Positions 26,978 through 36,145 of a stretch of DNA of 53,863 bases are shown here, one piece after another (the stretch's first letter is position 1; each line of letters starts with the position of its first letter). Under the pieces are notes generated by a model, which was given only the letters and a program-made list of their open reading frames with translations, searched no databases and was not told the origin of the DNA. This DNA is from Patescibacteria group bacterium (lineage in GTDB: Bacteria > Patescibacteriota > Minisyncoccia > UBA6257 > 2-01-FULL-56-20). The position numbers and the translations under genes were made by a program. The stretch spans positions 1-53,863 of the forward strand of contig JANLHI010000015.1 in assembly GCA_024654525.1 (NCBI GenBank), given 5' to 3'.

Positions 26978-29326
26978 TCATACATTGCAGATCACTCGCC
27001 ACACCTCACTTAAAAACAAATCCGCCCCTCTCAAGAGGGACGGTTTGTTCACATCAAGTATTGACTGTGGTGCAGAAGATTTGAATCGTTCACGTAATGT
27101 CTGGAAGAAATCCGCGACCTGTTGAAAGGAAAATTCGAATACACGCGATGTTTTTTCTAAAACCATTGCAGTACTTCGCACTCCCCACGAAAAAAAGTCG
27201 GCTACTGTCCCAAATGATGTAGCGGCAACATACGCAATAAATGTACTACGCACATTTTCTTGCGGTGCTTGTCCCACTTCGATAACCGTTGGTAATGAAG
27301 GTTCCGTGCTTGTTGCCGAAACCGATGTTTCGCCAACTAACGGACTTTCCTCGGACGGTGACGCTGATCCTACCACAGAAGAAATATCTTCACTTCCGTT
27401 GCGAGAATCTTTGTAGGCATCGAATATCGCCAATTCATCCGCAGTAAATGCTTTTGAGACACTGCATATAATCTCATTCATTTTATGCAACGTGGTGATA
27501 TAGACATATCCAGTCGGTGCTTTCGTTCCCCACGGTTCCAAAATGTCATCCGCATATCTCTCCTGAAATACACTTACCGCGTCAAATGTCGCTTGATCAA
27601 ATGTGCCGTTTACCTGCAAATTCGTCGCGCCATCATAACGCTGAAGAAAATTTTGGAGCTTCATCACCTCGAAAGGGTCGTTATCCTCCCCGATACGCAT
27701 ATAAGTCTTAAACGGTGAAGTACACAATCCTGACCCAGTCAGGTATGACGTTACACCGCCGGAAACTGTTGCGAGTCTTGGAGAATTCCCTTCGGTCCAA
27801 TTTATCGTACCTCCATATCCCACATTCACGGAAGGACCGTGTATCACAGACTGTGGTGTAAGAGATCCATCATCATCTGTAACAGGTGGGGTGGAAGTGG
27901 CAACTACTATGGGCGGAGTGGACGTAGCAACTACTATCGGTGGGGTGGAAGTGGCAATTACTATGGGCGGAGTGGACGTAGCAACTACTATCGGTGGGGT
28001 GGAAGTGGCAATTACACCACCAGTGCCTCCTCCCCCGTTCAGCGGCGGAGGTATAACAACCACCACTGCATCATCGCCGTTATCACTTCCTCCGTGTACA
28101 GGAGTAGTGTCAACCACAGTAACTCCATCATCGCCGTTTTCGGAATTTCCGTCGGAAATCGCGATAAGACTCTCACCGCCATTCTCGGACGATCCCGTGG
28201 CCGCTTCGAGTAATACGGATACTATGGCATCATCGCCGTTTTCTGATGATCCTGCCAATACCGTAAGTACTTGGGATACTGCCGCATCGTCTCCATTTCC
28301 AGATTGCGCAACGGGTTCCTCTGCAAAAGTAGCATTGTCGTCATTTCCATTCTCGGACACGCCAACTGCAACTTCAACCGCGGAAACCACTGCATCATCG
28401 CCGTTATCACTTCCTCCGTGTATAGGAGTAGTATCAACCACGGTAACATCATCATCGCCGTTTTCGGACACTGCCACAACTTCGTGAAAAGAAGAAAGTT
28501 CCGACTCTTCGCCGTTTTCGGAAAAACCCGAAGGCGCTACACCGGACACTATTACCTCTTCATCGTCTCCGTTCGCGGATGATCCTGCGGCTATCGTAAC
28601 CACCGAAAAAACTATCGCATCCTCGCCGTTCGATGACGTGTCTTCCACAACTAAAGTTTCGTCGGTATTGGGAGAAAAAAGAATTTCTTCTCCATTTTCC
28701 GAGAATCCTGTTGCAGGAAGAATCGAAACCGAAATAGTATCTTCACCATTCGATGAAATAGGGTCGGCAAGAACCGCATTGTCAGAATCAGTTCCGGAAA
28801 CCGAATCCTCATTGGCGTTTTCAGAAAAACCAATCACATCGGCAACACCAGTATTACTCGGTGAGGATACCGAAACACTTTCGGTATTCTCCGATACACC
28901 GGATGCTACACTTTCCTGCGATGGATTTGTCGAAACCGCTACGGAATCCAAATCGCCGTTCTCTGAAGAACCAGACGTTATAGAGACATCAAGTAGGGCG
29001 TCATTTCCATTTTCGGAAACAACATTTATCACTTCAATTACAGAGTTATCCGCAACTTCGGCGATACCGTCGTTACCGTTTTCAGACGCAACGCTTTGTT
29101 CCAGAAGAAACACGGGGATATCAAGTGAAATCCCTTCATCATTTTCAGACGATCCAATTATCTGCTCCACAGAAACACTGATGCTTGCCTGCTCGGTAGG
29201 CAGGCCTTCATCGCCATTCTCCGACAATGCAAACGCTTGCGCGTACGCACCAGAAGGAATGGATGCGATGATAATCATACAGACAAATGCCGCAACCGCG
29301 GCCTTGCTGCGTGTGAATATACGCAT
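26978..29326 (-). CDS. Secreted acidic protein with 20 S-x-N-G-D/E repeats, a Thr/Pro stalk and a C-terminal peptidoglycan-binding-like domain
   Basis: Signal peptide ending AYA; 20 SxN(G) motifs counted; 5x ATSTPP; EVMKLQNFL..NGTFDQATFDAVSVFQ..TGYVYITT. Confidence 0.8.
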   Translation of the reverse strand: MRIFTRSKAAVAAFVCMIIIASIPSGAYAQAFALSENGDEGLPTEQASISVSVEQIIGSSENDEGISLDIPVFLLEQSVASENGNDGIAEVADNSVIEVINVVSENGNDALLDVSITSGSSENGDLDSVAVSTNPSQESVASGVSENTESVSVSSPSNTGVADVIGFSENANEDSVSGTDSDNAVLADPISSNGEDTISVSILPATGFSENGEEILFSPNTDETLVVEDTSSNGEDAIVFSVVTIAAGSSANGDDEEVIVSGVAPSGFSENGEESELSSFHEVVAVSENGDDDVTVVDTTPIHGGSDNGDDAVVSAVEVAVGVSENGNDDNATFAEEPVAQSGNGDDAAVSQVLTVLAGSSENGDDAIVSVLLEAATGSSENGGESLIAISDGNSENGDDGVTVVDTTPVHGGSDNGDDAVVVVIPPPLNGGGGTGGVIATSTPPIVVATSTPPIVIATSTPPIVVATSTPPIVVATSTPPVTDDDGSLTPQSVIHGPSVNVGYGGTINWTEGNSPRLATVSGGVTSYLTGSGLCTSPFKTYMRIGEDNDPFEVMKLQNFLQRYDGATNLQVNGTFDQATFDAVSVFQERYADDILEPWGTKAPTGYVYITTLHKMNEIICSVSKAFTADELAIFDAYKDSRNGSEDISSVVGSASPSEESPLVGETSVSATSTEPSLPTVIEVGQAPQENVRSTFIAYVAATSFGTVADFFSWGVRSTAMVLEKTSRVFEFSFQQVADFFQTLRERFKSSAPQSILDVNKPSLLRGADLFLSEVWRVICNV
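27885..28015. repeat. 27-bp coding tandem repeat with A/B alternation (54-bp higher-order unit)
   Basis: ggtggggtggaagtggcaa(c/t)tactatg alternates with ggcggagtggacgtagcaactactatc (A-B-A-B-A partial); encodes (V/I)ATSTPPIV. Confidence 0.9.
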
Positions 29327-29347
29327 CAAAAATTTCTATGGGTTAAA

Positions 29348-29440
29348 CTCTCGACCTTGTTAGCGATCCGACAGGAATGAATCAATCGAACTCTGTTCCG
29401 TCAATTCCTGCCGACATCTCGTAATGAGATAAGCCGGGAG
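29348..29440 (-). promoter_or_regulatory. Putative structured 5' leader (three-stem junction)
   Basis: Hand-folded: P1 ctcccggctt/aaggtcgagag (9/10 paired), P2 atctc/gagat, P3 tcggcaggaat/attcctgtcgg. Ends about 20 nt before the start codon. Confidence 0.4.
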
Positions 29441-29567
29441 TTTTCAAGGAAGAACTTATTATTGAAATAAGTCCTGTGCAGTTATTTATAAAAGAGCATT
29501 ATGCAAAAAAAGATTCAGTTGCCCCCCGTGTAATAATGCACGGAGGGCCTCAGGTTAAAATATTCGT

Positions 29568-30641
29568 TTACGGAGCCGCTGTTTGCCGTAAGCGAAAGAA
29601 TGCTACATCCGAAGTGCTAAACACGTTGGTGAACACCGACCCCGGAGTATATACCCCAGGCACACTGCTTCCTGTTCCCGACAGGAAATTCTCCCACGGT
29701 CCGGACGGACGGAAGGCGTACACCACGTTATAACCGAACTCCGGTTGTCCCGTGATGCCAATTTCATATCCATCTCCGACTTTCCGAATGGATGCCCGCG
29801 GTCTCGTATCTAACACCACCTCGGCACTTCCGATTATGGTATTGTCCGCGGCCTTGAGCGTGTACCGGCACCCAACGAAAAACCCTTCCGCCGTGAGCGC
29901 ATTCCTGTCTGCGCCTATGTCCGCAAGATTCGCGGCGGAAAAGGAGCTACTCACCCCCATGTACCGCAACTCATGAACAAGCGCCGAAGGCGATATTGGC
30001 GCAGTATCGCTGTTATACCAAATATCGTCTCCCGTGTTCGGAACACTGTCGCTCCCGTAATTGTGCCCCTGGAGAATGAATTGGTACGGAATATCCGCAC
30101 CAGTCGCCGAGTTTCTGGATATTCTCCCGATGAGGTTTAGTCCCTCAAATGAGGATTTGATTTCAAACTCCACCTGATTCGCCGAAAATGGAATCCCGTT
30201 CGTTGAGAGAGCGGTGACTGTCCATTTTATCCGGTTCCCCCTCTCATTTGAGAATGTCCCTGACGGATTTGCCCTTCCCCGCCACACCTTGAACGCATTT
30301 GAGCTCGAGAGCACCATATCGCCCCACTCGAGGTAGGCGATGTTGTGCCACGCGGCAGGATTTTGGGTCCTGTCGTTCGGCACCGTTTGGTACCCGAGTC
30401 CTGTCAAGATGTTAAGTTTGTTTGCGGCGTAGTTTGGTGACGCAACGCTCACTCCCGAGACGGGAATGATTGTCACCATCACCCTCGCAGTGTGGATTAA
30501 ACTCTTCCTCACTACAGAAGGAGATGTGATAGCGGGAACGGCACTTATACCATCCTCTCCATTTTCCGACTGCGCGCTCGCCGGCGCGATGTATCCCATG
30601 GATGCGATAAACACACCCACCAACATTGTTAGTCTTTTCAT
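29568..30641 (-). CDS. Secreted protein whose mature N-terminus is QSENGEDG; unknown function
   Basis: Signal peptide MKRLTMLVGVFIASMGYIAPASA; beta-rich C-terminus ending AFFRLRQ; start at ATG 30641. Confidence 0.75.
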   Translation of the reverse strand: MKRLTMLVGVFIASMGYIAPASAQSENGEDGISAVPAITSPSVVRKSLIHTARVMVTIIPVSGVSVASPNYAANKLNILTGLGYQTVPNDRTQNPAAWHNIAYLEWGDMVLSSSNAFKVWRGRANPSGTFSNERGNRIKWTVTALSTNGIPFSANQVEFEIKSSFEGLNLIGRISRNSATGADIPYQFILQGHNYGSDSVPNTGDDIWYNSDTAPISPSALVHELRYMGVSSSFSAANLADIGADRNALTAEGFFVGCRYTLKAADNTIIGSAEVVLDTRPRASIRKVGDGYEIGITGQPEFGYNVVYAFRPSGPWENFLSGTGSSVPGVYTPGSVFTNVFSTSDVAFFRLRQTAAP

Positions 30642-31013
30642 ATTTACTTTTCCAAAATTGCAAGAACTGCGATGGATGCGCCAAACGGAAGTTCCAACTC
30701 CCATTAAAGCAGCGCGCACCTGTCGGAATCCCTACCGTACTGATAGGTAAGCCGACCGTGAAAGCATACTATTACACAACTATTACAGTCCTCCTGCAAT
30801 AGCGGTATGCCCTCCCATCAACGAAATTCTTGCTGTTCTGCCCTACTTATAGATGAAATTGGGTTGTTTTGTCAAGAAAAAACGCCACATGATATAATGG
30901 AAGCATAGGAAAGGTCGGCACACTAATAGATAGGTTTTATAGGTAAGAAAGTGAAAGGTAAAAAGGAATTTCACCTTCACCCTATGACCTTTAATCTCTT
31001 AAACTATTCAAAT

Positions 31014-31235
31014 ATGAAAAATCTCCATGTGGTCACGTTCATCCTCCTCATCATCGGGGGTTTGAACTGGCTCCTCCTTGCACTCACGGGATGGGAAGTG
31101 GGACAACTCTTCGGTGGCAGTGATACACTCGTCTCGAAAATCGTCTATATCCTTGTCGGTCTCGCGGCGATTTTTGAAGTAGCGACACACAAGAGTACTT
31201 GTAGAGCATGTCCCCCGGGAGGAAGCAGTATGTAA
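31014..31235 (+). CDS. DUF378 family membrane protein
   Basis: FILLIIGGLNWLL..LFG..IVYILVGLAAIF. Confidence 0.88.
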   Translation: MKNLHVVTFILLIIGGLNWLLLALTGWEVGQLFGGSDTLVSKIVYILVGLAAIFEVATHKSTCRACPPGGSSM

Positions 31236-31266
31236 TGTAAAACAATAAGCAAGTAATAAAGATGAC

Positions 31267-31302
31267 AACCCCCTCTCCCCGCATATGCGGGGAGAGGGGG
31301 TT
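31267..31302. repeat. Perfect 36-bp palindrome between convergent genes (probable bidirectional terminator)
   Basis: aaccccctctccccgcat|atgcggggagagggggtt. Confidence 0.92.
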
Positions 31303-31352
31303 TACGTTATTTCCGTGAAAAAGATATTTTCAGGTTTTCCGCGACAAAAATA

Positions 31353-32549
31353 CTACCCGAACGTAAAGGTAAACGCTTCAAGTTCCGGAGAATCGAAGAT
31401 AAGTTCAAGCGTATGTTCTCCCCACGCATCGTCACGGATAAGGTTATAAAGTCGCTCGTCTTTGATAAGCACCGAGGTTGCTTCACCGTCACGCACCACG
31501 TCACTCCCCGCTTCTACGCCAAGCGGTTTCCCGTCACGAAGCACCGTCACACGCACGCCTTTCGCGGCACCCGCAACAAAATGTACTGCGCGTCCGCGAT
31601 AACGATATATAATTTTTGCCCCCGCCTCTGCGGTTTCCGCATACTCCCGCGCCATATTCCACGTTCCTCCGAAATACAAAACATTCGGTTCTGCGGTATC
31701 AGGAGAAATAAATGTGAAAAGTCCTTCTGCCCGAGGAGTTCCGTTTCCCAAAAATTCGTTTCGCGCCGCGCCAAAATACACTTCGGGACTTGTTGGGCGG
31801 GAGGGATCCGGAGCACTTTCAACACTGGGAGTAACAAGTCCCCCCGGAATTGTAAGAGAACCTCCAATCTTCTTCATGCGAGCGGTAAGTAACTCTTGAA
31901 TTTTTCGCTCGGTAACGTCATACGATCCTTCTCCGATATGGTCATACACAATTTTCCCGTGTATATCAATAATATATTTCCTTGGCCAATATAAATTTTG
32001 ATATGCACTCCAGGTACCGTAATCGTTGTCAAGCACCACGGGATACTCAATGCCGAATTTTTTTGTTGCCGCCACCACATTGTCGTATTTCTTCTCAAAA
32101 GAAAATTCGGGCGTATGAACACCTATGATTTGTAATCCGTAATCGCGATATTTTGTATCCCATGCGGTGACATAGGGCAACGTGCGCTGACAGTTAATAC
32201 AGCTGTATGTCCAAAAATCCACAAGCACTACTTTATCGCCGACAAATTTTCCGAGAGTAAAAGGCTGAGAATTAATAAATCCCGAAGGATTAGTGATATC
32301 CGGTATTTGTAAACGCGCGATGGGTGCAAATTGTTCCGCGCGGGTTGAAGACGGCGCATTGTTCGGTATCTGCGCATCAACCGCGACAGACGTATCTTGA
32401 GAAACGGGAATAATGACATCGTTTTTTTGTGGAGCGCTTGCGCGCGGCGTCGCTTTGAGCGAATCAAGGTATCCTATGGCAACACCGATTGCGATGAGCG
32501 TGATAACAAGAAGTATCGTGCGGGTTCCCTTATTTAACGGAGTAGCCAT
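31353..32549 (-). CDS. Membrane-anchored redoxin with a DipZ-like C-terminal domain
   Basis: VVLVDFWTYSCINCQRTLP, IIGVHTPEF, YPVVLDN, YWPRKYIID, HIGEGSY, SPEVYFG..AFTFTFG. Confidence 0.88.
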   Translation of the reverse strand: MATPLNKGTRTILLVITLIAIGVAIGYLDSLKATPRASAPQKNDVIIPVSQDTSVAVDAQIPNNAPSSTRAEQFAPIARLQIPDITNPSGFINSQPFTLGKFVGDKVVLVDFWTYSCINCQRTLPYVTAWDTKYRDYGLQIIGVHTPEFSFEKKYDNVVAATKKFGIEYPVVLDNDYGTWSAYQNLYWPRKYIIDIHGKIVYDHIGEGSYDVTERKIQELLTARMKKIGGSLTIPGGLVTPSVESAPDPSRPTSPEVYFGAARNEFLGNGTPRAEGLFTFISPDTAEPNVLYFGGTWNMAREYAETAEAGAKIIYRYRGRAVHFVAGAAKGVRVTVLRDGKPLGVEAGSDVVRDGEATSVLIKDERLYNLIRDDAWGEHTLELIFDSPELEAFTFTFG

Positions 32550-33241
32550 TGATTGATAATTTCAAAATTGGCAATAAGCGCCAAATTTCCCGTAAATGCA
32601 AGAATACCAATAAGAATCAGCACCACACCAAACGCCACATTGATATATCCCGCAACGGATGCATACCGAGAAAAAAGCGCATCCGCACGTGAGGCAAACA
32701 ATCCCACAAGAAGAAACGGGATACCTAATCCGACTGAATATGCAATAAGTGCGAAAAATGCCGTTCCAGGCGCGCTTGCCGAAATGGCAAGCACACTTCC
32801 CAACACCGGCCCCACGCACGGAGTCCATCCGGCGGCAAATGACGCGCCAAAAAGGAACGAGGCGCCATATTTTGCCTTTACAGTACGGGGAACTTCAAAC
32901 TTCGCTTCGCGATCAAGGAACGGAATACGAAGTAATCCCGAAAGGTGCAACCCAAAAATAATAATGAATGCCCCGCCGATACGAGAAAGCCATTGTTGCG
33001 TGCTGTATGCCGCTGATGCAAGAACACTGTTCAAAAGCACGCCCGCCGCGGCAAACACCACGGAAAATCCCAATACAAAGAAAACACTTCCCAAAAACAT
33101 TTCCCGCCGTCGATTGACTGTTTCGCGAAGCGACATTCCCACAAGATGCGCGAGAAATGCCGGAATAAGCGGCAATACGCACGGCGAAAGAAACGAAACG
33201 ATTCCCGCAAAAAATGAAACGACAATGGGTATGTTATCCAT
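32534..33241 (-). CDS. ccdA: Cytochrome c biogenesis/DsbD transmembrane protein CcdA
   Basis: SFFAGIVSFLSPCVLPLIP, GWTPCVGPVLGS, YSVGLGIPF. Confidence 0.92.
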   Translation of the reverse strand: MDNIPIVVSFFAGIVSFLSPCVLPLIPAFLAHLVGMSLRETVNRRREMFLGSVFFVLGFSVVFAAAGVLLNSVLASAAYSTQQWLSRIGGAFIIIFGLHLSGLLRIPFLDREAKFEVPRTVKAKYGASFLFGASFAAGWTPCVGPVLGSVLAISASAPGTAFFALIAYSVGLGIPFLLVGLFASRADALFSRYASVAGYINVAFGVVLILIGILAFTGNLALIANFEIINQWLLR

Positions 33242-33323
33242 AATACATAATAAGTATACCAAAAAATCCCCCGAAGCACGAAGCCGGGAGATTCTCTCTA
33301 AAATGAAAAACGTGAAAAGCGTA

Positions 33324-33542
33324 CTACTTCACCGCCTTCACCACATTGACATTGTTAATATGCCAAGAGCGATAGCTCCACTTCCCGCCCGAAGCTCTGT
33401 ACCGTACCGCCACGTGCAACACAGGCACCGGTAAAAAAAGCCTTTTCGGGTGCTGCGGATGTCCGCGTACCGTACCAACTTTCTTCGTTCTTCCATTCAG
33501 CACTTTCATACCCGGATTCAAATCTTTGACTCTCACACTCAT
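33324..33542 (-). CDS. Small basic hypothetical protein (72 aa)
   Basis: Fills the gap upstream of ccdA and has an AGGAG upstream; no family recognised. Confidence 0.5.
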   Translation of the reverse strand: MSVRVKDLNPGMKVLNGRTKKVGTVRGHPQHPKRLFLPVPVLHVAVRYRASGGKWSYRSWHINNVNVVKAVK

Positions 33543-33643
33543 AACAGTAATCTCCTTTCTGTAGGCATTTTAATAATACATAAAATCGCCATTTTCTCCA
33601 TACTCTTCACGCAATCCGTGTCATCGTGGTACACTGAAAAACA

Positions 33644-34513
33644 ATGAATGAGCTTAAAATTGAATTTTCTCCGACAGAAATTGCCGGAACAATAACCACT
33701 CACGGCATGCGCATCATCCTCATTGTAATCGTTGCACTCCTTATCCGAAAATTCGGCGCCGTATTTATTGAAAAATTCATACGGAAAATCATTACCACTG
33801 ACAACTCGCAAAGCCATGATGCGGAAAGGAAGCGTGAAGATACATTGATCCGAATCTTCGGCGGCACACTCAGAATCGGCATATGGATTACCGCGGGACT
33901 CATGATACTTTCCGAAATCGGCATTGAAATCGGCCCTCTTCTCGCCGCCGCAGGCATCGCAGGACTCGCCATAGGATTCGGAGGACAATACCTCATCAGA
34001 GACGTGATTGCAGGACTTTTTATCATTATGGAAAACCAATACCGCGTAGGCGACGTGGTATGCGCCGACGGCACCTGTGGACTTGTGGAGGATATCAGTT
34101 TACGCATGACACAACTCCGCGACCTTGACGGCGTAGTACACCACATACCCCACGGAGAAATAAAGCGCGTATCAAACCTCTCAAAAAACTTCGCGCGAGT
34201 GAATTTAAATATCGGCGTGGCATACCACACCGACATTGAACACGCCATCGAAGTCATCAACCACGTCGGCAAAGAATTATCGGAAGATGCCGCATTTCGT
34301 GATTCGATTATCAAAACACCTCAATTCCTCCGCGTGGATGATTTTGCTGATTCCGCAATAACACTTAAAATAGTGGGAGATACCAAACCACTAAAACAAT
34401 GGGAGGTAACCGGCGAATTACGAAAACGCCTGAAAATCGCATTCGACAAAGAGCACATTGAGATTCCGTTTCCGCAACGCGTAATTCATTACGCAAATCC
34501 CCCACAACAATAG
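33644..34513 (+). CDS. mscS: Small-conductance mechanosensitive channel (MscS/YbiO-like)
   Basis: AGLAIGFGGQYLIRDVIAG, QYRVGDVV, GLVEDISLRMTQLRDLDG, IEIPFPQR. Confidence 0.93.
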   Translation: MNELKIEFSPTEIAGTITTHGMRIILIVIVALLIRKFGAVFIEKFIRKIITTDNSQSHDAERKREDTLIRIFGGTLRIGIWITAGLMILSEIGIEIGPLLAAAGIAGLAIGFGGQYLIRDVIAGLFIIMENQYRVGDVVCADGTCGLVEDISLRMTQLRDLDGVVHHIPHGEIKRVSNLSKNFARVNLNIGVAYHTDIEHAIEVINHVGKELSEDAAFRDSIIKTPQFLRVDDFADSAITLKIVGDTKPLKQWEVTGELRKRLKIAFDKEHIEIPFPQRVIHYANPPQQ

Positions 34514-34527
34514 CCATCATAAATATT

Positions 34528-35235
34528 ATGATTACCCGCGCGGCATTCAAGATCACCCCCGAGGAACGGGAGCACACATTACTCCGCCTCATCAAAAATT
34601 CCTACCCCGGCTCGAACTTTTACATCATGCTCATTGCATCGGTGATTATCGCCACCGCCGGTCTCATCTTGAACAATACGGCGGTTATCATCGGGAGCAT
34701 GCTAGTTGCGCCATTCCTTTCCCCGATACTTAGTTTGAGCTTGGGAATTGTACTTGCAGATTTTGATATTATTCACCGCTCACTCGTCATCATCGGAAAA
34801 TCCGCCCTTACCACACTCGTCGTTGCAACATTGTTTGCTGCATTCCTCCTTGTTCCCTATGGCTACAACACGGAAATTCTTTCCCGCGTATCACCCTCAC
34901 TCCCCTACCTTTACATCGCAATCGCCGCAGGAGTCGCCGCCGCATTCGCAATCGCGAAACCATCACTCTCCGAATTTATTGTGGGCGTTGCGGTAAGTGT
35001 CGCCATCCTTCCCCCGCTTGCGGTAAGCGGTGTCGGAATAAGTCAGCTTGATCCTTTAGTAGGAATCGGTGCCCTCCAATTGTTTGTCGTAAATCTTGTG
35101 GGAATCGTATTCGCGGGTGTTATCGTCTTTTCTCTTATGGGATTTTATCCTTCGCGCAGTAAAGCTGAAAAAGTCATTAAGGCGGAGGAAAGAAAGCTGA
35201 AGGCCGAGCAACACATCGCTGACGCAAAGCGATAA
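34528..35235 (+). CDS. DUF389/TIGR00341-type membrane protein
   Basis: IATAGLILNNTAVIIGSMLVAPFLSPI, GVAVSVAILPPLAV, LFVVNLVGI. Confidence 0.88.
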   Translation: MITRAAFKITPEEREHTLLRLIKNSYPGSNFYIMLIASVIIATAGLILNNTAVIIGSMLVAPFLSPILSLSLGIVLADFDIIHRSLVIIGKSALTTLVVATLFAAFLLVPYGYNTEILSRVSPSLPYLYIAIAAGVAAAFAIAKPSLSEFIVGVAVSVAILPPLAVSGVGISQLDPLVGIGALQLFVVNLVGIVFAGVIVFSLMGFYPSRSKAEKVIKAEERKLKAEQHIADAKR

Positions 35236-35248
35236 CCTGAATCCCATC

Positions 35249-36145
35249 ATGACGCGAGCGACAATCATCGGTGTAGGAGCAATAGGAACGGCAATCGCTC
35301 ATGCACTTGGGCGGCGCAGTGATATGCATATCACGCTATGGGACATTGATTCCTCAAAAATGCCTCGCGCAATAGAACTCTCCGATGCTCTTACCAACAC
35401 CGACATCGTATGCATGTGCGTACCGTCATGGGTAATGCGTCCCGCACTTACCTCAATACTCCCCTTTCTTCCAAAACATGCGTTGGTAATCTCTCTCGCA
35501 AAAGGAATCGAACGCGACACGCTCCTTACCATGGACATGCTTCTCAAAAAAATACTTCCCCGAGGACAACACTTTGGAATTCTAGGAGGCGCAATGCTTG
35601 CAAAAGAGATCATGCAAAATAAAGGAGGCGCGGGAATTATCGGGGTATCCTCTCCGCGCGCGCTTATACTTGCACGAAAACTTCTTAAAAAAACCGATGT
35701 TGCACTTGAATATTCACTGAACGCAAAAGGCATAGCACTCTCCGGAGTTTTAAAAAATATATATGCCTTGGCACTTGGACTTGCGGACGGATTGGAATGG
35801 AGCGGAAACAGAAAAGGATGGATTGCTTCCTGTGCTATACAAGAAATGGAGGAGATAATAAAAAATCTTGGCGGAAAATCCGGAGTCGCATGCGGACTTG
35901 CGGGATTGGGAGATATGATTGCAACGGGATACAGTATCTATTCAAAAAATCGCCAAACGGGGCACGATCTTGCGATGGGAAAACCGTGCTGTCCCACAAG
36001 CGAAGGAGTTGTTTCCCTTCCTTCATTACTCGCAATACTTGGGAAAAAACGCTCTCAATTTCCACTTCTCTCCGCACTTACCCATATCATTATCCATAAA
36101 AAGGATGCCCGAACTACCTTTGAAAAACTTATCCCAAAAACATAG
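35249..36145 (+). CDS. gpsA: NAD(P)H-dependent glycerol-3-phosphate dehydrogenase
   Basis: GVGAIG Rossmann motif, SLAKGIE, ALSGVLKNIYAL, GLAGLGDMIATG.SKNRQTG, SEG. Confidence 0.9.
   Translation: MTRATIIGVGAIGTAIAHALGRRSDMHITLWDIDSSKMPRAIELSDALTNTDIVCMCVPSWVMRPALTSILPFLPKHALVISLAKGIERDTLLTMDMLLKKILPRGQHFGILGGAMLAKEIMQNKGGAGIIGVSSPRALILARKLLKKTDVALEYSLNAKGIALSGVLKNIYALALGLADGLEWSGNRKGWIASCAIQEMEEIIKNLGGKSGVACGLAGLGDMIATGYSIYSKNRQTGHDLAMGKPCCPTSEGVVSLPSLLAILGKKRSQFPLLSALTHIIIHKKDARTTFEKLIPKT

Noticed and set aside
27891-29363. 198-aa and 241-aa Ser/Thr-rich plus-strand ORFs
   Set aside because: Antisense to the repetitive SENG gene; the open frames follow from its codon bias.
29348-29440. c-di-GMP-I or another known riboswitch
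   Set aside because: It lacks the GCAAAC/GCAAAGC and GNRA-receptor features. Kept only as an unassigned structured leader.
30905-30995. Possible nested stems in the DUF378 leader (aaaggtc/gaccttt, atagg/cctat)
   Set aside because: The stems are short and AT-rich with no second copy or recognisable motif; too weak to call.
32553-33434. 293-aa plus-strand ORF
   Set aside because: Antisense shadow of ccdA with no recognisable motifs.
35919-36104. Track N-terminal extensions (glpK; also 3235..5043, rplU, csp, recG, 29568..30719, 49555..50067, 51065..51463)
   Set aside because: The extensions overlap neighbouring genes or promoters and precede the family's conserved N-terminus, so internal ATGs were chosen.
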